Shown here: in pieces, positions 58,955 to 64,000 of the stretch | How positions within the stretch are numbered: the stretch's first letter is position 1 | Layout of the letters: the number at the start of each line of letters is the position of its first letter | DNA from: Aplysia californica | Taxonomy: Eukaryota | Assembly: GCF_000002075.1 (NCBI RefSeq) | Contig: NW_004797961.1 | Span: forward strand, 169,017-233,016 | Length of the DNA: 64,000 nt | Reading direction: 5' to 3' | The notes under the pieces: model-generated | The model's input: only the letters and a program-made list of their open reading frames with translations | Told to the model about the DNA's origin: nothing | Database searches by the model: none | Made by a program: the position numbers and the translations under genes

Positions 58955-59485
58955 ATGTGTCTTTTAGCACTCGCAATAGCATAAGGTCATACGAGCGCGC
59001 GGGACACATTAAACACTTTCAGTTGGTAGGACATTTTGAATTTTGCCCGGGTGGCGGCCGAGGCCTTCTCATAAATCGATTTTTAGACCATGAGGGGATC
59101 TTAAACGTGCGCAACTTGTACACGGGGCCTCTAAGATTTTTTTTTCGCCTTTGTCCGAGAAGGTTAGGTGTAGATCTTTCCTACCCGACGATCAGGAGTG
59201 TGGTTGAAAGACAGCAGTTAGAAGTAAGAAGGAGCCAAAGAGTAGCAATAGAAAGGCTGCAGAAAGAGTCAGGAGCCCAGTGGAGGGGGCAAAGGCGGTG
59301 AGGGGATGGGGATCAGAAAGTGGAGACGAAAGCAGACGACAGAACACTGCTAGAGAGCAGGAAAGGAGGTGAAAGGAGACACTTTTAGAAAAGAATTTTT
59401 TTTGGTCGCTACCCGGATTCGAACCCGAAACCTTTGAATGAGAGGAAAAAACACCATAACCTCTTGGCCACGCTCAGAGCCCCCG
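58955..59485 (-). mobile_element. tRNA-SINE family C copy
   Basis: Reverse complement of 13053-13584. Confidence 0.88.
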
Positions 59486-59644
59486 GCTGTTCCTTATTTA
59501 CCGTCAGTACGGTACGATCATAGATGTACACTACTAGGCACGTGACTCTATGGGCACGATAGGAGTGCTCGGTGGGTTCCTTGCTTAGAGCAGTCTGACG
59601 TCACCCAGGAGAGTGAACAAGAATAACATCATAGCAGAAGCAGT

Positions 59645-60060
59645 GCCGCCCCCCCCACAGGGCGATGCTACTGACTGGAGTGTCTTTATGCCTTTCCCAA
59701 AGGGGGTGAGGGGGGAGCATTACCATGTTCTGTTGCACAGTAGAATTGTAATTGTAAATGTGCCGATTCATCAAAGTCAAGCTCATAACTGAGCCGGAAT
59801 AGCAACAGGGAACTGCGGCTTTTTCTTTCTTCATCCTTATGATCGTCATTTTTTTCTCTACTTCTTTTGTATGTTTGTGACTCTCTTGTGACCCGCTATT
59901 TCCGAGGTGCCTTGATAGTCGAAACTTTGTGCTGTTGAAGCTAGAGAGGTGAGCAGAGTAAGCCCGATTCCCTGTAAGGACTTGATTCTCTGTTGACATC
60001 CACCTCTTGGCGCTCATATGACCTTATGCAGTTGCGAGCGCCGTAAAACCTCTACTAAAA
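59645..60060 (+). mobile_element. Interspersed repeat, family B (~400 bp); copies 8015-8370, 50170-50555, 54710-54965, 56575-56972
   Basis: Shared cccaaaggggg...agaggtgagcagagtaagcc...gaccttatgcagttgcgagcgccgtaaaac. Confidence 0.88.
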
Positions 60061-60220
60061 CTAGCTAAAAAGAGCAACATCACAATTATGAGTCCGGTAG
60101 CGTAACCACAAGGCCACTGTTGCCACACATTTGAACAGGTTGTCAACATTACGTTATCCGATTATGGCATTCTTATGTTGTTTATCCCCACATGTTTTCT
60201 CTTTGTTTTTCTATTTCCAG

Positions 60221-61519
60221 GCGTGAGGTCTATCGTCAAGGAATTAAAGTGTCCATTCTGGAGCCAGGGTACTTCAAAACAAATATTCTCAACTTTGAGT
60301 TCCTCACGGGCAAATGTAAATCTTCCTTTGACCAGGCTAGTGATGAAGTGAAGACAGCCTATGGTCCAGATCATGTGAAAAATTGTGAGTAACAATCAAC
60401 TTTCAATTCCTGCAGTTGTGTTTCTCTTACCCACCCTCATACATTCTCCCCCACCCCCCTCTTTTTGTAGACCTTACTTTGCAGGACATAGTGCATGACT
60501 ATTAGTAAACACAGTCGAAATTGTCCAAGATGGCCACCCACGTTCAAGAAGGAGAATGTTTGTCTTAGACAGGTGGATGTTTGGGGCAGTGTCATTATTA
60601 TATTCTTTTAAAAAATGTAAGAGGTGGAAATGGAAAGTGGTTGTTTGTTCAGGTGATTGTCTTAGCTGTTGTTAGAGCTGGTTCGACTGCAATTTTGGGC
60701 AATCTAGAGTAGTTTTCTTTTACATTACAGTGGAAACCTGATATAACAGAGATGATGGGACCAGAGGAAAAGCCCTGTTATATCAGATCCCTGTTAAATC
60801 AGAAATGCAAGGGAAGTAAGCATTTGTGGACTAATTCAGCTGTATTTATTCATGGGTAGTTTCCCTTGCCACAAGTACCCTCAAACAAGGGTTTTAGCCA
60901 TGTGGCAGGCCTGCGCATGACGCATTATGTGTTCGTGTAGCTAGGCTAAGGGCTAGATCGAAGTCTGCAGCACACCGCAGCCCTCTTGCGCTTCATCCGC
61001 TGCATGTGCTTACAGTGGCGTGGGCTTGCTCCATCACTGCGTTACTCTCTCTCTCTCTCTTATTTTTTACGCATTGTTAACGAGCCTTTGTCCCTGCTTT
61101 AACCGATTTGGGCTCTGATGAGGCCCTGTTATTGCCGATAAGTTTTAAGAGAGACAAAGAGTAACGGGGATTTTAAAAATCCTTGTTATTACCGGATCCC
61201 TGTTATTACCAGGCCTGTTACATATGGTTTCCACTGTAGATAGTCTTTGCATCTGTTCTTTGTGTGCTAATCGTTTCCCCTCCTTTTTCTGTTCTCAGAC
61301 GTGACTTTGGTAAGCGAGACGATGAAAGGGGCCTCCGCAGACATAGATCTATGTGTGTGTGCGTGTGTGCACGCAATAACTTCCAAATTTCCTCGCACTA
61401 GATACGTTGTTGGAAACGACGCCAGATTTATTTATATCCCTCTGTCACTTGTCCCGGATTGGTGTGGCGACTGGATTGTTCGCTCCATGATGAGTTTTAT
61501 GTTGTCCAAGAAAGGTTGA
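60221..61519 (+). pseudogene. Duplicate of the last two SDR exons (60221-60384, 61299-61519), without upstream exons
   Basis: Near-identical to 50715-52013 at offset 9,506; differs by DQVVDAYVH to DLCVCACVH. Confidence 0.8.
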
Positions 61520-63477
61520 GAATTTTTACGTAATTTTCTATACTGAATATTGGGCATGACCAAAGATATGGATTCCAAAGTTGAAAAGTATAGTTTCCTG
61601 TCCAATGCTACGATCCAAACTCAGTTCTTATTAAAAGATCTAAAGCAACTGTTTGACATACATGCATTTAGTGGGTCAATTCGTTAAAAAAAACTGTGAC
61701 CCTTTATTTTCTCAAGTGCAGTATGCATATACGTTTTAGATTATTGTTAAACAGGTTTTGCGAACTTCATACCTCGTTTACATATGAGCTCAAATGATAA
61801 ACAGGTAGGTCTATTTTCAAATATTATTTTTTTCAATTTTCAGAGACACAAAACACTTCTCGTCCTCCCTTTTCTTGTCGTTTTACCTGACAAAGAATAG
61901 GCCCGACTTATTGTTCTTGACTGTCTATACTGCATTTTTTATTGCTTTTATGGTGGTTGGAAAACAAAACAAAAAAATGATTTGAGAAGTTTTTCTTTTC
62001 CAATACCAATGAACAGTAATTCCCAGAATCACTACATTTTCAAGAAGTCTTGCCAGTCACTTTTTGAGTGTCTTAAGTTAAATTTTGTTTTTATTATATG
62101 TTTTGTATTATCTGTATATATATCTTTACTTACAGACTTAAAAATCATCTTTTTTTAAAACCTAAATCATCTTTTTTAAAACTTAAATCATCTTTTATCA
62201 AACTTGTCGACTATGGCTATAAGCAATCTAAAATACAAAGTGTCTGATGTAGCGGCAAAGAAATTAAAACGATTGACAATACAGGTTTCTTGTTGGTGGT
62301 TGGTGGGTGCTCTGGTACGGTTTGTTCCTTCTTTCCGATCAAACATCTATGTGTCATGGCGCAGAGGAATCCGGCGCTCGGTAATTTTTGGACATGTGGA
62401 GCTATTGGTATGATTTTAAAGCTTGTTCTTTTGTCCTCCTTTAGCTGAAAAAATATACTCATCTATCGGGAATAGACTTCGAGATATTTGAGGTTGAGGG
62501 AGGTGGGGATCGTCTGATTTCAGAGGTAAAATTGTTGAGAAAATGGCCGCCAAAGTTTAGCGACTTCCAAAACTTGAGAGTCCTTAGAAACTTCAAATTT
62601 ACATTTTTGTGCCGAAAGTCAGCATTTTATAGTAAAATCCACCCAGAAATGTGTTTTTAAATGGACGTTTAAGGCGCTGAGTCAAAAAACAAAAATTTGA
62701 TAAGAATTACCAAACGGATAGAAAAATGCCGGTTTCTTCGATTTCATTATTTTGACGAAGGCCTGATTTCACCATGATTTCACCATGATACCTCACATAT
62801 ACATTATCTCTCGTCCTTCTTTTTTTGGGATGTTACTCTCTTGAAACACCTCTAATATGTTCTGCAACGTATATGACCTATATATTTGTGTTGCAAGGAC
62901 TGTAAAAAAAAAGCCTTCTTAAAAAAAAAAACATATTCTATTATGAGCTTGTAGTAAATCAAGTTTCTTTGAGATGTTGATTTGTTAAGTTTGCCCAGTG
63001 CTCTGTTGTACAATGATGTCTTTCTTATATGTTATATATACACAAAATTTAACAAATGGTCACTTTTAAGAACAAGTGGGCTAACCCAGATTAGGGGGTT
63101 TTCAGAAATCTTGACCTACACCAAAAGTGGGAATTGCCCTAACTATAGGAGAAGTTTGGTTTCAATTTCATTGATGTGTATATTTGTTTGGCTATAGAGA
63201 AAACTCTCCTTGTTTTTTAAAGAAAATGAATAAGGGGCAAAAACTTTACCTTCGATTTTCTCAAAGCAGCATTTTTCGGGATAGCCCCCTTGTGCTTAAA
63301 AGCGACCCAATAAAGTCAGATTTTTGTATGGTTTCAATGTATCATTATTGTAGTAAGGGAATAATGTAACCAGGTTTNNNNNNNNNNNNNNNNNNNNNNN
63401 NNNNNNNNNNNNNNNNNNNNNNNNNNNNNNNNNNNNNNNNNNNNNNNNNNNNNNNNNNNNNNNNNNNNNNNNNNNNN

Positions 63478-63521
<44 letters not shown>

Positions 63522-64000
63522 ATTGATATATAGGCTATATATGTATTATAAATGTTTATTATGAGCTATATTGGCTTTCGACTTTTCTTGTTGGTGGTTG
63601 GTGTCTCTGGTACGGTTTGTTCCTTCTTTCCGATCAAACATCTATCGTCCCTATCTCTCGTCCTTTTTTGGGATTGTTACTCTCTTGAGACACTTCTAAT
63701 CTTCTGCACGTATATGACCTAATTGTGTTGCAAGTGCCGTGAAACGTTTACTAAACAAAAACAAGACTTTTGTTAGTAAACTGTTATCACTTGTACAAAG
63801 ATTGTAAAGTTATTGACATTTTAACCCTCTCTGTACGTCGTGTTTTACTATCGTATCAAAACGACTTGTGCCACCACTTTCCAAAGAGGAAATTTACTCG
63901 TTAATTCGATCCGTACGCTTTGCATAGCAGTGTGTGAAAATGATTTTTTGAGAAATACTGAAAGTTTGAAAGAGATACGGAGAAGATTAAGTAAATTTAA

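Larger units (their letters stand above)
50516..63377 (+). repeat. Near-identical direct duplication 50516-53876 / 60022-63377
   Basis: Same exons, MITEs and 3' UTR; second copy ends at an N gap. Confidence 0.92.

Overview
AT-rich animal genomic DNA, probably from a gastropod mollusc (inferred from the SINE, MITE and microsatellite types), with six N gaps. Layout: (i) 1-~7.6 kb looks like the long, TE-poor 3' UTR of an upstream + strand gene. (ii) A 30-exon minus-strand gene (41.36 kb to 10.44 kb) that I spliced by hand into a ~1,170-aa protein recognisable as MEI1 (meiotic double-strand-break factor); one short connecting exon (E18) is unresolved. (iii) A divergently transcribed + strand SDR9C-type (RDH16/HSD17B6/DHRS9-like) dehydrogenase of 322 aa. 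Its last two exons and 3' flank recur almost identically 9,506 bp downstream, possibly an assembly artefact. (iv) Many tRNA-SINEs, MITEs, RTE fragments and microsatellites. Main unexpected signal: many MEI1 introns contain AT-rich, highly diverged 'ghost' copies of the neighbouring MEI1 coding sequence. Several run straight across the exon-exon junction that the host intron interrupts, as if copied from spliced mRNA; some exons have two or more ghosts, and one ghost is inverted. These alignments were made by eye and need statistical confirmation. Human MEI1 motifs are quoted from memory.
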